From NCBI GenBank assembly GCA_963805855.1, contig CAWDVW010000007.1, positions 448,001 through 512,000 on the forward strand: DNA of 64,000 nt. Reading direction: 5' to 3'. The notes under the pieces are model-generated. The model searched no databases. It was given only the letters and a program-made list of their open reading frames with translations, and was not told the origin of the DNA. Numbering within the stretch: the first letter of the stretch is position 1; each line of letters opens with the position of its first letter. The position numbers were made by a program, and so were the translations under genes. Source of the stretch: Candidatus Dadabacteria bacterium (GTDB lineage Bacteria; Desulfobacterota_D; UBA1144; Nemesobacterales; CSP1-2). Shown piece by piece: positions 10,358 through 21,540 of the stretch.

Positions 10358-12247
10358 GTGAGTAGTCAATTGTTCAAAAATTTAATTCTCTGGCTAGTTA
10401 TTTTTGTGGCAATTATTGCGCTCTACCAATTAATTCATACCCCGAGGAACAATTATTTAGAGATACCGTATAGTGAATTCCTTTCGAGCCTTGACCGAGG
10501 CGAAATCAAAGATATTGAAGTTAGGGGAGAAGAGATTAAGGGTACTTTTTTGTCCAATGATAGAGATCAGTTATCCCAAGGATTCAAAACGGTAGGGCCA
10601 ACGAGTGACGATCTTGTAAAGAAGCTTGGGGAAAAGGGTGTTACGTTTAAATTCGCCGAACAACAGGAAGGATCCTTAACACACCTCCTGTTCAACTGGG
10701 CTCCGCTCATACTTCTAATCGTAATAATGGTTTTCTTTATGAGGCAATTACAGGCCGGGGGTACTAAGGCCATGTCATTTGGAAAAAACCGGGCACGCAT
10801 GCTCTCGGAAAACCAAAATAAGATCACGTTTAAGGATGTCGCAGGTATAGAAGAGGCGAAAGAAGAGGTTCAAGAAATTGTTGAGTTTCTTAAGAATCCA
10901 AAGAAATTCACACGACTCGGGGGGCGTATTCCAAAGGGAGTTTTGCTCGTCGGGCCACCAGGAACGGGAAAAACACTGCTGGCGAAGGCGATAGCCGGAG
11001 AGGCAGGGGTTCCTTTTTTCATAATTAGTGGAAGCGATTTTGTGGAGATGTTTGTAGGTGTTGGCGCATCCAGGGTCCGAGACCTTTTCGGCCAGGCAAA
11101 ACGCCACTCTCCGTGCATAATATTTGTGGATGAGCTAGATGCTGTTGGACGACACAGGGGAGCCGGCCTCGGCGGGGGACACGACGAAAGAGAACAAACC
11201 CTTAACCAGCTTCTTGTTGAGATGGATGGATTTGAGCCCAACGAAGGTATTATCGTAATTGCCGCTACAAATAGACCGGACGTTTTGGATCCGGCACTCC
11301 TTAGACCCGGCAGATTTGACAGGCAGGTAGTTGTCCCTAGACCCGATGTGAGGGGTAGAGAAGAGATACTAAAAGTACACACTACTAACACACCGGTTGA
11401 AGAGAATGTCAGCCTTCAATTAATCGCGCGTTCGACTCCCGGATTTACAGGTGCTGACCTGGAGAACCTAGTAAATGAGGCAGCTCTGCATGCCGCTCGC
11501 GTTGGCAGGACGAAAATATGCATGGAAGATTTTGAATACTCGAAGGACAAGGTTATCATGGGAGTTGAGAGAAAGAGTCTCATAATCAGCGATAGTGAAA
11601 AAAGGATTACAGCCTATCATGAAGGCGGTCATGCTCTTGTTGCCAAGCTTACTCCGGGAACCGATCCAATTCATAAGGTGACTATAATTCCTCGAGGCTT
11701 GGCTCTTGGGGTAACCCAGCAGCTCCCCATAGAGGATAAATACACGCTCGCAAGAGAGTATCTAAACAAGACGATTATGGTACTTCTTGGTGGGAGGGCG
11801 GCTGAAGAAATTGTGTTTGCAGAAAGAACCAGCGGTGCGGGAAATGATCTCGAAAGGGCATCTGAGATTGCGAGAAAGATGGTTTGCGAATGGGGTATGA
11901 GCGACAAGGTTGGTCCGGTTACATTCGGCAAGAAAGAGGAGCAGATATTCCTGGGGAAAGAGATTGCTCGAAGCAAAGATTACAGTGAGGCGACTGCCCT
12001 CGAAATCGATAATGAAGTAAAAAGGATTGTGAATGAAAGCTATGAAAAGGCAAAGACTGTTCTAGAGGAAAATATAGACTTACTTCACAAACTTGCCGAA
12101 GTCTTGCTCGATAAAGAGGTAGTAGATGCGAAAGAGCTCGATGAGTTGGTCAAGCAAAATAGAAAGAATTATCCCTCTTGGGAGAGTGGTCTTAGTCAAC
12201 AGAGTACAGTAGCATTGAGAACAAAGATCGATGATTCCAGCACGTAA
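10358..12247 (+). CDS. ftsH: ATP-dependent zinc metalloprotease FtsH
   Basis: 2 TM segments, [16 protein letters not shown]. Confidence 0.97.
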   Translation: MSSQLFKNLILWLVIFVAIIALYQLIHTPRNNYLEIPYSEFLSSLDRGEIKDIEVRGEEIKGTFLSNDRDQLSQGFKTVGPTSDDLVKKLGEKGVTFKFAEQQEGSLTHLLFNWAPLILLIVIMVFFMRQLQAGGTKAMSFGKNRARMLSENQNKITFKDVAGIEEAKEEVQEIVEFLKNPKKFTRLGGRIPKGVLLVGPPGTGKTLLAKAIAGEAGVPFFIISGSDFVEMFVGVGASRVRDLFGQAKRHSPCIIFVDELDAVGRHRGAGLGGGHDEREQTLNQLLVEMDGFEPNEGIIVIAATNRPDVLDPALLRPGRFDRQVVVPRPDVRGREEILKVHTTNTPVEENVSLQLIARSTPGFTGADLENLVNEAALHAARVGRTKICMEDFEYSKDKVIMGVERKSLIISDSEKRITAYHEGGHALVAKLTPGTDPIHKVTIIPRGLALGVTQQLPIEDKYTLAREYLNKTIMVLLGGRAAEEIVFAERTSGAGNDLERASEIARKMVCEWGMSDKVGPVTFGKKEEQIFLGKEIARSKDYSEATALEIDNEVKRIVNESYEKAKTVLEENIDLLHKLAEVLLDKEVVDAKELDELVKQNRKNYPSWESGLSQQSTVALRTKIDDSST

Positions 12248-12353
12248 TTGCTCTCTAAGAACTATCCATCTGCGGGTTATTATCTAATCCAACATTTGCT
12301 GACCTTTGGAATGTGATTGCCTAAAAATCTATGAGTAAAAAGCAAGTGTTTTT

Positions 12354-13271
12354 ATGCAAGAAAGCATAACTCAAATCGATAAAGCTATCTCTCCAGAAAA
12401 ACAAAAATCTGTTTGTCACGACACTAAGTCTGATGATCTAAGACTCAGAGATTTTAGTTTCGATCTTAGCTCCAAAACGCTCATCATGGGCGTTCTAAAT
12501 GTAACACCCGATTCCTTCTTTGACGGTGGAAAGTATCTTGAAATAGACAAAGCGCTAAGCCATCTAGATGAAATGATCAACGATGGGGCCGACATCATAG
12601 ATATCGGGGGCGAATCAACGAGGCCTGGCTCGCAAGGTGTTTCCGAAAGAGTAGAACTTGAGCGAGTCATACCTGTAATCAAAGCGGCTGTAAAGCGCTT
12701 CAATGGTCCGGTGTCAATAGATACAACCAAGTCAAAGGTAGCCAAAGTGGCTTTAGAAGAAGGCGCATCCATGGTAAACGATATTAGTGGACTTAAATTT
12801 GATCCGGAGATTGCAAAGATAGTCGCTGCTTACGGGGCAGGACTTGTTGTCATGCATACCCCTTCTCATCCAATAGACATGCAGAATATGACAAATTATG
12901 CATCAATTGTTCATGATATAATTAAATCGCTTAGTGATTCCGTCGAATTGGCAGAAAGCGCTGGGGTGTCACCATACAGTATAATGGTAGATCCCGGAAT
13001 TGGCTTTGGAAAAACCGCCGAGCAAAACCTCAAACTTCTAAAGTACTTAAATGAATTTCTCAGTCTCGGAAAGCCGGTATTGATCGGCACTTCAAGAAAA
13101 TCATTCATTGGCAAAATAATTGGCTCTGATAATTTAGACGACAGATTAGAAGGTACTTCCGCTACTGTCGCAATAGCTATAATGAATGGCGCATCAATTA
13201 TAAGGGTACACGACGTGCGGTATATGAAGAGGGTTGCTAGGGTAGTGGATGCAATTGTAAGTACAGAGTGA
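12354..13271 (+). CDS. folP: Dihydropteroate synthase
   Basis: MGVLNVTPDSFFDGG, GGESTRPG, DPGIGFGK, SRKS, RVHDV. Confidence 0.95.
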   Translation: MQESITQIDKAISPEKQKSVCHDTKSDDLRLRDFSFDLSSKTLIMGVLNVTPDSFFDGGKYLEIDKALSHLDEMINDGADIIDIGGESTRPGSQGVSERVELERVIPVIKAAVKRFNGPVSIDTTKSKVAKVALEEGASMVNDISGLKFDPEIAKIVAAYGAGLVVMHTPSHPIDMQNMTNYASIVHDIIKSLSDSVELAESAGVSPYSIMVDPGIGFGKTAEQNLKLLKYLNEFLSLGKPVLIGTSRKSFIGKIIGSDNLDDRLEGTSATVAIAIMNGASIIRVHDVRYMKRVARVVDAIVSTE

Positions 13272-13322
13272 TTAAGTCTTTTTGAAGTAGTAGTAAAATC
13301 ATCAAATTTGAAGGTTTAAACG

Positions 13323-14156
13323 GTGTTTGACGCAATATCAAACTTTAGAATCGTGTGGGACAGCCTAGACATATTTATAGTTGCGTTGATCATATATTAT
13401 ATCCTGACCCTGATCGAGGGGACCCGAGCAGTTCAAATGCTTGTAGGTCTTGGCGCACTGTTCCTGTTGTATCTCTTCTCTCAACGATGGGAATTCTTCA
13501 CGCTTGGCTGGATATTAGGGCATTTCCTGGGTTCCATAATCTTAATTGTTGTCATACTATTTCAACAGGATATCAGAAAAGCCCTCGCGGCACTTGGCAA
13601 AAATCCTTTTCTCATAAATATATCTCCAGGAAAGTCGGAAAAACATATTGTTGATGAAATCGTGAAGGCGACCAGTTTTTTGTCCAGTCGACAGATCGGC
13701 GCGATTATAGCATTAGAGAAAGATAACAGCCTAGCCGATTTTGTTGAAATAGGAATGAAGATTGATGGTTGGGTATCTACGGAACTTATAATAAGCATAT
13801 TCAATCCTTCGTCTCCACTGCATGACGGTGGAATTATAATCGGAAATAACAAAATCTTATCTGCCGGATCCTTTTTTCCCCTTGCAACGGATCCAGAACT
13901 TGAGAGAGAGCTGGGTACGAGACATAGAGCTGCAATAGGACTGTCCAGGGAAACAGATGCCATAGTTGTGGTCGTCTCTGAGGAAACCGGCATTGTGTCC
14001 CTTGGTCATGAAGGCGAATTGACCCGGGGGCTTGACGCGACTTCTCTTACTAACCGTCTTAACGACCTATTGGAATTAAAAAAGCAAAGCACAGAAAGAA
14101 TTGGCCTTATAGACCGCATACTAAGGAAGAGGCAAGTAGAAAGGAAAAGTGTTTAA
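13323..14156 (+). CDS. cdaA: Membrane diadenylate cyclase CdaA
   Basis: 3 TM segments plus DAC domain (PLHDGG, GTRHRAA, VSEETG). Confidence 0.93.
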   Translation: MFDAISNFRIVWDSLDIFIVALIIYYILTLIEGTRAVQMLVGLGALFLLYLFSQRWEFFTLGWILGHFLGSIILIVVILFQQDIRKALAALGKNPFLINISPGKSEKHIVDEIVKATSFLSSRQIGAIIALEKDNSLADFVEIGMKIDGWVSTELIISIFNPSSPLHDGGIIIGNNKILSAGSFFPLATDPELERELGTRHRAAIGLSRETDAIVVVVSEETGIVSLGHEGELTRGLDATSLTNRLNDLLELKKQSTERIGLIDRILRKRQVERKSV

Positions 14157-15099
14157 CAATATAAGTAATGCAATTAAAAATATTTTCGTTAAAAATATAG
14201 GGAAAAAGATTTTCGCGGTCGCCATTGCAATATTTATTTGGCTTGTGGTCTCACTGGAGTCAAGTGTTGAAAAGAATATTACAATAGATGTCAATTACGT
14301 GAATTTGCCTCCGGACCTGGTTATTACAAATGAACCTCCGGAAGAACTGAATCTCCTTGTCAGAGGCACACGAACCCAGCTATCAACCCTTTCGCCCCAA
14401 AATCTAATTTTTACAATCGACGTCGCTCATGTCTCCACTGGTGTATCCAAGTTCAACATACGGACAGAGCAAATAAGGCCACCCCGAGGAATACAAGTGA
14501 TTGGAATCAGCCCTGCTGAAGTAACAGTCGATGTAGACGAGTTAATCCGTAAGGATGTCCCTGTCGAAGCTATAATAGGTGCTCCAGAGACTGGATATGA
14601 GATCGTAGGAAAGCCCGACGTTGTACCACCTATGGCAACAGTCAGTGGTCCTAAATCAATTGTTTCCGAAATGAAATTTATACCAACAGATACCATATCT
14701 ACTATACGAGAAACGTCAAAGTTTACAATCGAAGTACCTCTGCGATCCCCTAATCGTTTGGTAAATCTCGTTGGTGATAAAACAACTCGCGTTACTATAA
14801 ACATAGAGGAAAAGACACTGGAAAAAGAGTTCAAAGACCTGGATATAAAATTTGTAAACTTTGAGAATCTAAATTTTGAACCGAGAGGAATGTTAAAGGC
14901 TGAGGTTGCATTCGAAGGACCTTACAGTCTTATAAAGAACCTGAATAGCAATGATATTGAGGTATATGTGGATGTTGGCAAGCTTAAGGAAACTAACAAG
15001 AAATTACAGAAATTAAACGTAAGTGTTTCTTATCCTTTTACCAATAGCATAAAGCTAAAGAAACAGGAACCCAAGACACTTGAAATAAAATTAAACTAG
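14149..15099 (+). CDS. cdaR: CdaR/YbbR-family regulator
   Basis: N-terminal TM, YbbR-like beta repeats, position between cdaA and glmM. Confidence 0.85.
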   Translation: MFNNISNAIKNIFVKNIGKKIFAVAIAIFIWLVVSLESSVEKNITIDVNYVNLPPDLVITNEPPEELNLLVRGTRTQLSTLSPQNLIFTIDVAHVSTGVSKFNIRTEQIRPPRGIQVIGISPAEVTVDVDELIRKDVPVEAIIGAPETGYEIVGKPDVVPPMATVSGPKSIVSEMKFIPTDTISTIRETSKFTIEVPLRSPNRLVNLVGDKTTRVTINIEEKTLEKEFKDLDIKFVNFENLNFEPRGMLKAEVAFEGPYSLIKNLNSNDIEVYVDVGKLKETNKKLQKLNVSVSYPFTNSIKLKKQEPKTLEIKLN

Positions 15100-15106
15100 C
15101 CGGAGA

Positions 15107-16489
15107 ATGGATTTGAACCATAAAAGAGAGCGTCTCTTTGGCACAGATGGAATAAGGGGGATAGCAAATCTACACCCCATGACTCCGGAGATAAGCCTAA
15201 GACTTGGAAAGGCTCTTGTAAGTGTCCTGAAGCATGAGATATCAGATGAAAGGAGACTGAAAGTCGTAATCGGAAAGGACACAAGGCTATCAGGTTACAT
15301 TTTTGAACAGGCTATATCTGCCGGAATTGCGTCGATGGGAGCGGACGTTCTCCTTGTTGGCCCCCTTCCTACACCTGCGGTAGCATTTCTTACAACAAAT
15401 ATGCGAGCCGATGCCGGAGTGGTGATATCCGCCTCCCATAACCCCTTTGAAGATAACGGAATTAAGGTTTTTGATAAACTTGGCTTTAAACTCCCGGATG
15501 AGAAGGAATTGGAAATAGAGGAATTAATTTCAAGCGACAGGATCGATGATTTAAGGGTCAAGGGAACGGAGATTGGAAAAGCTTTCAGGGTTGACGACGC
15601 GCCTGGAAGGTATGTGGTATTCGTTAAGAATACGCTTCCCAAGGATTTAACACTTGATGGGTTCAAGATAGTTCTCGATTGTGCAAACGGCGCGTCTTAT
15701 AGGGTTTCTCCCCTGGTATTTCAGGAACTAGGTGCAGAACTGACAACCGTAGGCGTTAGTCCGGATGGCAGAAATATAAATACAAGCTGTGGAAGTTTAA
15801 ATCCCGAACTACTAAGACAAAGGGTTTTAGAAATGCGTGCTGATATAGGGATCGCCCTGGATGGGGATGCAGACAGAGTGGTTTTTTGCGATGAGACCGG
15901 CAATGTAGTCGATGGTGACAAAATCATAGCACTTCTTGCAGATGAAATGATTTCAACTGGTTCACTATCAAAAAACACAGTGGTTGCTACTATTATGAGC
16001 AATATGGGTCTTGAGATATTCTTAAAAAATAGGGGATGTCATCTGGTTAGGACTCAGGTCGGCGACAGATATGTAGTCGAGGAGATGAGGAGAAGGGGAT
16101 GCGATTTTGGAGGCGAGAAATCAGGACACCTAATCTTCTTAAATCACGGAACAACGGGAGATGGGACTTTAGCTGCCCTTCAAGTTTTATCAATCATGAA
16201 GAGTAAGGGCAGAAATCTCTCTGAGCTTACAAAAATACTTGATCTCTTTCCACAAATACTGATAAACGTCAGGGTTAAAGAGAAAAGACCCTTCAGCGAT
16301 ATACCCATAGTCACCAAATTAATCTCCTCAAAAGAAAAGGAACATAACGGTCAGATAAGAATTAACCTGAGATATTCTGGTACCGAGCCCGTGGCAAGAA
16401 TTATGGTAGAGGGTGAAGACGATCTGATAGTAAAGAAAACCGCCAATGAGATCGCCAACGAAATAGATCGCCAAATAGGTGAAAGGTAA
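15107..16489 (+). CDS. glmM: Phosphoglucosamine mutase
   Basis: [27 protein letters not shown]. Confidence 0.95.
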   Translation: MDLNHKRERLFGTDGIRGIANLHPMTPEISLRLGKALVSVLKHEISDERRLKVVIGKDTRLSGYIFEQAISAGIASMGADVLLVGPLPTPAVAFLTTNMRADAGVVISASHNPFEDNGIKVFDKLGFKLPDEKELEIEELISSDRIDDLRVKGTEIGKAFRVDDAPGRYVVFVKNTLPKDLTLDGFKIVLDCANGASYRVSPLVFQELGAELTTVGVSPDGRNINTSCGSLNPELLRQRVLEMRADIGIALDGDADRVVFCDETGNVVDGDKIIALLADEMISTGSLSKNTVVATIMSNMGLEIFLKNRGCHLVRTQVGDRYVVEEMRRRGCDFGGEKSGHLIFLNHGTTGDGTLAALQVLSIMKSKGRNLSELTKILDLFPQILINVRVKEKRPFSDIPIVTKLISSKEKEHNGQIRINLRYSGTEPVARIMVEGEDDLIVKKTANEIANEIDRQIGER

Positions 16490-16491
16490 TC

Positions 16492-17205
16492 ATGCCAAGA
16501 CTGAATGTGAATATAGACCATGTCGCTACAATAAGGGAAGCAAGGAAATCAAGAGAGCCAGATCCGGTTCTAGCAGCTTACGTAGCTGAATTGGCAGGAG
16601 CTGAAGGCATAGTGGTCCATCTCCGGGAAGACAGGAGGCATATTCAAGACAGGGACCTCTTGATTCTTAGAAAAACCGTGAAGACAAAACTGAACCTTGA
16701 AATGGCACCGACTAGTGAGATGATAGACATAGCTTTGGATGTAAGGCCGGATATGGTCACACTCGTCCCCGAGAAGAGACAAGAAATAACCACCGAAGGC
16801 GGACTCGACGTTTTAAAAAACCCCGAGACAGTAGCGCATGTGATAAACGAGATAAAGACGGGTGGGATATTTGTTAGCGTTTTTATCGATCCTGACGTTA
16901 AACAAATTGAGCTGGTGACAAAAGCTGGCGCAGACATGGTAGAGATACATACGGGAAACTATGCCAATGCTACAAACGAAAAAGGCCAAGAGAATGAGCT
17001 GATTAAGATCCAGGAAGCAGTTGAAAATTCGGAGAAGCTTGGGCTTAGAGTAGCGGCCGGGCACGGTCTTAATTACACAAATGTACGGAAGGTATCCACT
17101 CTGAAAGGAATCGAAGAACTAAATATAGGCCACAGTATTATCGCTAATGCTGTTATCGTAGGAATTGAAAAGGCTGTAAGGGAAATGGTTGCCCTGTGCC
17201 GGTAG
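16492..17205 (+). CDS. pdxJ: Pyridoxine 5'-phosphate synthase
   Basis: [30 protein letters not shown]. Confidence 0.96.
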   Translation: MPRLNVNIDHVATIREARKSREPDPVLAAYVAELAGAEGIVVHLREDRRHIQDRDLLILRKTVKTKLNLEMAPTSEMIDIALDVRPDMVTLVPEKRQEITTEGGLDVLKNPETVAHVINEIKTGGIFVSVFIDPDVKQIELVTKAGADMVEIHTGNYANATNEKGQENELIKIQEAVENSEKLGLRVAAGHGLNYTNVRKVSTLKGIEELNIGHSIIANAVIVGIEKAVREMVALCR

Positions 17206-17270
17206 GATATTCAAGGCTTGTAAATACAACACTAACTGATCTAGAACGGGTGATATAGTTTTCCTCACCA

Positions 17271-17750
17271 TTAAAAACCAGAAGCGCGCTGCTTTTGTTC
17301 AGGGCAAGAAGAGCAGTAGCCATAGAGTTCTAACTTATGATTGATTACATTAAAATTGTTCATTCTTGCCACTTGGTTCGAGCAGGATTCGATTTCGTCA
17401 TTGGCAAATTCTATAATCTTCCCGCATCCAAGACATATGAGATGGTCGTGATGTTCTCCTTCAAATTTTACCGGTTCATACTTGGCTCTGCCATCTCCAA
17501 AATTCCTTTCGAAAGCAAGTCCACATTCTTTAAAGAGCTTTAGGGTACGGTAAATGGTGGCATAACCAATCCTGGGATAATGTTTTTTGACACTCTCGTA
17601 AAGCTCATCAACCGTTACATGCTTACCCAGATAACTGAAAAATCTATCAAATATAACATCTCTTTGAATCGTGGATTTAAGATGCTTCTTTGCGATGTAT
17701 TCTTCCAGGTATTTTTTGCGTTCGGCCTTAGGTCTAATCTTTGGAATCAA
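17271..17750 (-). CDS. fur: Fur-family transcriptional regulator
   Basis: ATIYRTL, HHDHLICxxC, CxxC; start moved to TTG at 17750 (AAGGA RBS, downstream of Fur box). Confidence 0.88.
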   Translation of the reverse strand: MIPKIRPKAERKKYLEEYIAKKHLKSTIQRDVIFDRFFSYLGKHVTVDELYESVKKHYPRIGYATIYRTLKLFKECGLAFERNFGDGRAKYEPVKFEGEHHDHLICLGCGKIIEFANDEIESCSNQVARMNNFNVINHKLELYGYCSSCPEQKQRASGF

Positions 17751-17774
17751 TGCCGGTTCCTTATTTATATTTTT

Positions 17775-17791
17775 TTGATAATAATTATCAA
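17775..17791. promoter_or_regulatory. Fur box upstream of fur
   Basis: TTGATAAT-A-ATTATCAA perfect 7-1-7 core, adjacent to minus-strand TTGATA-16-TAAAAT promoter. Confidence 0.75.
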
Positions 17792-17933
17792 TTTTATATG
17801 ATATTTCCACATTATCAACTAAAAAATACCATTTGGCAATAATTACCACTCCCTGTCCATATTTCCTGTTACAATTTATGATTTGAGCTAGAATGTACCT
17901 GATGTAATTTTTTAACTAACGAGGAGAGTGAGA

Positions 17934-18278
17934 ATGGATAATTGTATATTTTGTAATATAGTAAAAAAGGAAGCCGAATGCGACATAGTGTACGAAGATG
18001 ACGGCTCTATAGCGTTTACTGATATAAATAAGCAAGCGCCGGTCCACGTACTGGTAATTCCGAGGAAGCATATACGCTCATTAGCCGAGATTAAAGATGC
18101 TGACCTGCCTATTATCGGACATCTATTCGATGTTGCAAATAAGGTGGCACAACAACAGGACGTGAGTAAAAAGGGATACAGACTGGTTATAAATTGTGGC
18201 ATCGAGAGCGGACAGTCAGTATGGCATCTTCATATACATGTCTTAGGAGGGCGGAGAATGACATGGCCGCCCGGTTGA
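17934..18278 (+). CDS. Histidine triad (HIT/HinT) nucleotide-binding protein
   Basis: CIFC, APVHVLVIP, HLHIH, TWPPG. Confidence 0.93.
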   Translation: MDNCIFCNIVKKEAECDIVYEDDGSIAFTDINKQAPVHVLVIPRKHIRSLAEIKDADLPIIGHLFDVANKVAQQQDVSKKGYRLVINCGIESGQSVWHLHIHVLGGRRMTWPPG

Positions 18279-18320
18279 TAAATCGATGGCCCAGAATCGA
18301 TAAAAGCCGGATACTGAGAA

Positions 18321-19607
18321 ATGCGTAACGCAGTTAACTACCTCAACTCTCTTGGCGTACACAGGATAAATCTAAGTCTTGATAGGATTTCGAAAATCCT
18401 CGAAGCCTTTGATAATCCTCATGATAAATTAACCTGTATCATAATTGCCGGAACAAATGGCAAAGGTTCCGTAGCAGCTATCACAGCATCCATACTAAGT
18501 GCTGCCGGCTTCAAGGTTGGTCTCTACACATCACCCCATCTGGTTGACATTTCAGAGAGAATAACAGTAAATGACGAAGAGATATCCCTTAGCGATCTAA
18601 GTAGATTGGTCATGAAGATTAAAGAAAAAGCTTCAAAGATCTTAACCGAGCAACCGACTTATTTTGAGGTATTAACGGCTGTTGCGTTTGAATATTTTCA
18701 TGAAAAACAGGTGGATTACGCAGTGCTTGAGGTAGGCATGGGCGGGAGATTTGACGCCACAAACGTAGCAAAACCAATCGTTTCTGTCATAACGAACATT
18801 CATTTGGATCATACTGAGTATCTCGGAAACAATATCGACAAGATCGCCCACGAAAAGGCGGGAGTGATTAAATATGGAGTGCCGGTTGTCACTGGAGCAG
18901 ATGGATCGGCGCTGAATGTCATAAGTACTGTAGCAGAGAAAAAATCTTCCAGCGTTTTGTGTATGGGGAGGGAATTTTTCTCGAAATCAGAAAACTCAGC
19001 TTACTTTGACTATATAGGTCATTCATTCAATCTAATAAACCTCCAACTTAGCCTTCCGGGCTTATATCAGATTAATAATGCGACATTGGCAATTGCCGCA
19101 ATAGAGACCCTTTATGAACGTTACGGACTGAACATAGATGAGAAAAGTTTAAGGACAGGACTTTCAACCGCTACTTGGGAAGGCAGGATGGAGACAATGA
19201 GATTAAATCCCCCTTTGATCCTAGACGGCGCACATAATCCTTCTGCTGCATATGCACTAAGAAGCTCCCTTACGCATGCCTATCCTGAGAAGAAATTTCT
19301 ATTCTTAATAGGAATGCTCGCCGACAAGGATCACGAAAATTATGTAAAACAATTATCACCCATCACAGAAGGTATGATAATCACGGAGATTCCATCAGAG
19401 AGACATATGCCTCCAGAAGATCTTGCAAATATTGCAGGGAGTTATGTTGACAGCATAAGAGTGATAAAAGATTACGAAGCGGCTTTCATCGAGCTTGCAA
19501 AACATAATTCGATCCCAGCCTGCATCACGGGCTCCCTATATCTAATCGGCGCCATAAAGAAATCAATCATGGGAAATCCTAAGAGATTAGAAAAGAATGA
19601 AAGTTAG
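18321..19607 (+). CDS. folC: Folylpolyglutamate/dihydrofolate synthase
   Basis: AGTNGKGS, YTSPHL, EVGMGGRFDATN, DGAHN. Confidence 0.95.
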   Translation: MRNAVNYLNSLGVHRINLSLDRISKILEAFDNPHDKLTCIIIAGTNGKGSVAAITASILSAAGFKVGLYTSPHLVDISERITVNDEEISLSDLSRLVMKIKEKASKILTEQPTYFEVLTAVAFEYFHEKQVDYAVLEVGMGGRFDATNVAKPIVSVITNIHLDHTEYLGNNIDKIAHEKAGVIKYGVPVVTGADGSALNVISTVAEKKSSSVLCMGREFFSKSENSAYFDYIGHSFNLINLQLSLPGLYQINNATLAIAAIETLYERYGLNIDEKSLRTGLSTATWEGRMETMRLNPPLILDGAHNPSAAYALRSSLTHAYPEKKFLFLIGMLADKDHENYVKQLSPITEGMIITEIPSERHMPPEDLANIAGSYVDSIRVIKDYEAAFIELAKHNSIPACITGSLYLIGAIKKSIMGNPKRLEKNES

Positions 19608-19675
19608 TATAAAATAAGAAGAACTGCATCGTATCCAAATCTTGTTATCGTCTCTTCACCGATAGGAGGTCGTAG

Positions 19676-20710
19676 ATTAAAAAGCTAGGGATATTTCTCG
19701 ATAATCTCTATTTTCAACACGACACTGGCATGGGTCACCCGGAGTCCCAGGACCGTCTCTTGGCCATCTGGGACATGCTGCAGGAAACTAAGCTAACTGA
19801 AGAGCTGGAAGTATTGGAGCCCAGGGATGCGACCAAGGAAGAGATATGTCTGGTTCACGATCCAAAATACTTTGATATAATAAAATCTACAAGTGGGAAA
19901 CCCAGGGTATATCTGGACACCGACACATCTACCTGCCCGGTATCATTCGCTGCGGCAGTTCGCGCAGCGGGAGGTATGTTATCTGCTGTTGATACCATAC
20001 TCGCCAAGGAAATTGATATAGCGTTTCCGCTGGTGCGTCCACCGGGACATCATGCTGAAAAAAATATGGCAATGGGATTCTGTCTCTTCAACAACGTTGC
20101 AATAGGCGGATCCTATATTATCAGATCACGTAATTTTAAAAGAGTCTTAATCGTAGACTGGGATCTCCACCACGGAAATGGCACTCAGAATATGTTTTAT
20201 GGGTCTCGAGACGTTCTCTACTTCTCGACCCATCAGTATCCACATTATCCAGGTACCGGTTCCGTCAAAGAAGTCGGCATCGGCGATGGCGAAGGCTACA
20301 ACATCAATGTACCACTTCCTGGAGGCATGGGGGATACGGAATATATGAAAATCTTCTTTGAAATTCTCAGACCCGTTATAGAGCAATTTCGCCCTGAGTT
20401 TATCCTGGTCTCAGCGGGTTTCGATACCTATTTTGAAGATCCGCTAGGCGGTATGAATATAACACCAAAAGGATTCGCGCAGATGACAAGGTTTTTAAAG
20501 GAGGCCGCAGAGACGCATAGCGGCGGAAACATTATTTTCATTCTCGAAGGTGGATATAATCTCGAGGGTCTTTGGCTCTCGACAAAGGAGGTCATAGAGG
20601 AATTGATAGAGAAAAAGAAAACGGACTACCCTGCAACGGATCTGAAGACGAGCGTAGATTCAATTATCGCAGATGTAAAGAGTACACACTCGCAGTACTG
20701 GAAATTTTAA
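19676..20710 (+). CDS. Histone deacetylase-family (zinc amidohydrolase) protein; probable ATT start
   Basis: HPES, RPPGHH, GFCLFNN, DWDLHHGNGT, EGGY; frame open upstream of ATG 19730 to ATT 19676, preceded by AGGAGGT. Confidence 0.9.
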   Translation: MKKLGIFLDNLYFQHDTGMGHPESQDRLLAIWDMLQETKLTEELEVLEPRDATKEEICLVHDPKYFDIIKSTSGKPRVYLDTDTSTCPVSFAAAVRAAGGMLSAVDTILAKEIDIAFPLVRPPGHHAEKNMAMGFCLFNNVAIGGSYIIRSRNFKRVLIVDWDLHHGNGTQNMFYGSRDVLYFSTHQYPHYPGTGSVKEVGIGDGEGYNINVPLPGGMGDTEYMKIFFEILRPVIEQFRPEFILVSAGFDTYFEDPLGGMNITPKGFAQMTRFLKEAAETHSGGNIIFILEGGYNLEGLWLSTKEVIEELIEKKKTDYPATDLKTSVDSIIADVKSTHSQYWKF

Positions 20711-21534
20711 ACATTTCTCCGTACCCTTCTTCTATCATCTCCCTTCAGGTGAATAAATTCACACATCTCATGGAGTCTAGATGTTATCCTTTTGCCAACC
20801 CTTAGGTCAAGAATTTCATAGTCCTCGAACATGTGATCCTTGGCATGTTCACTTCTTGAAATAAAGTTAGTTGTTACGAGCGTAGTCTTTGAAGCATTGT
20901 ATCTCTTTGAGATCAACTGATCCAGTATGTTTAATTCCCACTCACTACTCTTACCCTTTCCTAATTCGTCAATTGCCAAGACCTCCGCGTCGATTAGTGG
21001 ATTTAGCACGTCGATCTCCGGTGTCCCAAGTGAGTAAGCCTTTTTCAATTCCGCTAGAAGACCAAAAAAATCCTGAAACATGCACCTTACACCATATTTC
21101 AGGGTAAGCTCAGATATTGTGCCTACCGTTAGATGTGTTTTGCCGAGTCCCGATGCCCCCATTAGCAAAAAACCCCGTTTCGTAGGATATTTCATCACGA
21201 ACTCTTCCTTGGCATACTTCAGAGCCCTCTGCTGTGACTCATTATTCGATGGATCAAAGCCTGCGTCTACTTGAAGCACATGCGAAAACTTTGCCGGTAA
21301 CCCCGCCATGTTGTAAAGTTTTACGTTCCTTCGCACCGTCCCACACATCTCACAAGCTTTGGTATTGATGTAACCAGCCGAAGTCTTAGTAAAAATTAAG
21401 CCAGAGGAATTGCAATCAGTACACCGCAGTACACAATTACACACTCTTGCATTAGCGTACTGACCCTTTTTCCCGACCAGGTACCCATCCCCATGACAAT
21501 TCTCACATTCAATTGCTTTTTTCTTTCTAACCAT
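20707..21534 (-). CDS. DnaC/DnaI/IstB-type AAA+ ATPase with Cys-rich N-terminus
   Basis: GASGLGKT, LAIDELG, RYN..TTN, SRLHEMC; several N-terminal Cys pairs. Confidence 0.85.
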   Translation of the reverse strand: MVRKKKAIECENCHGDGYLVGKKGQYANARVCNCVLRCTDCNSSGLIFTKTSAGYINTKACEMCGTVRRNVKLYNMAGLPAKFSHVLQVDAGFDPSNNESQQRALKYAKEEFVMKYPTKRGFLLMGASGLGKTHLTVGTISELTLKYGVRCMFQDFFGLLAELKKAYSLGTPEIDVLNPLIDAEVLAIDELGKGKSSEWELNILDQLISKRYNASKTTLVTTNFISRSEHAKDHMFEDYEILDLRVGKRITSRLHEMCEFIHLKGDDRRRVRRNV

Positions 21535-21540
21535 ATTTAA

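Noticed and set aside
20707-21534. IS21 IstB helper, i.e. an insertion sequence
   Set aside because: No adjacent IstA DDE transposase or terminal inverted repeats; housekeeping context
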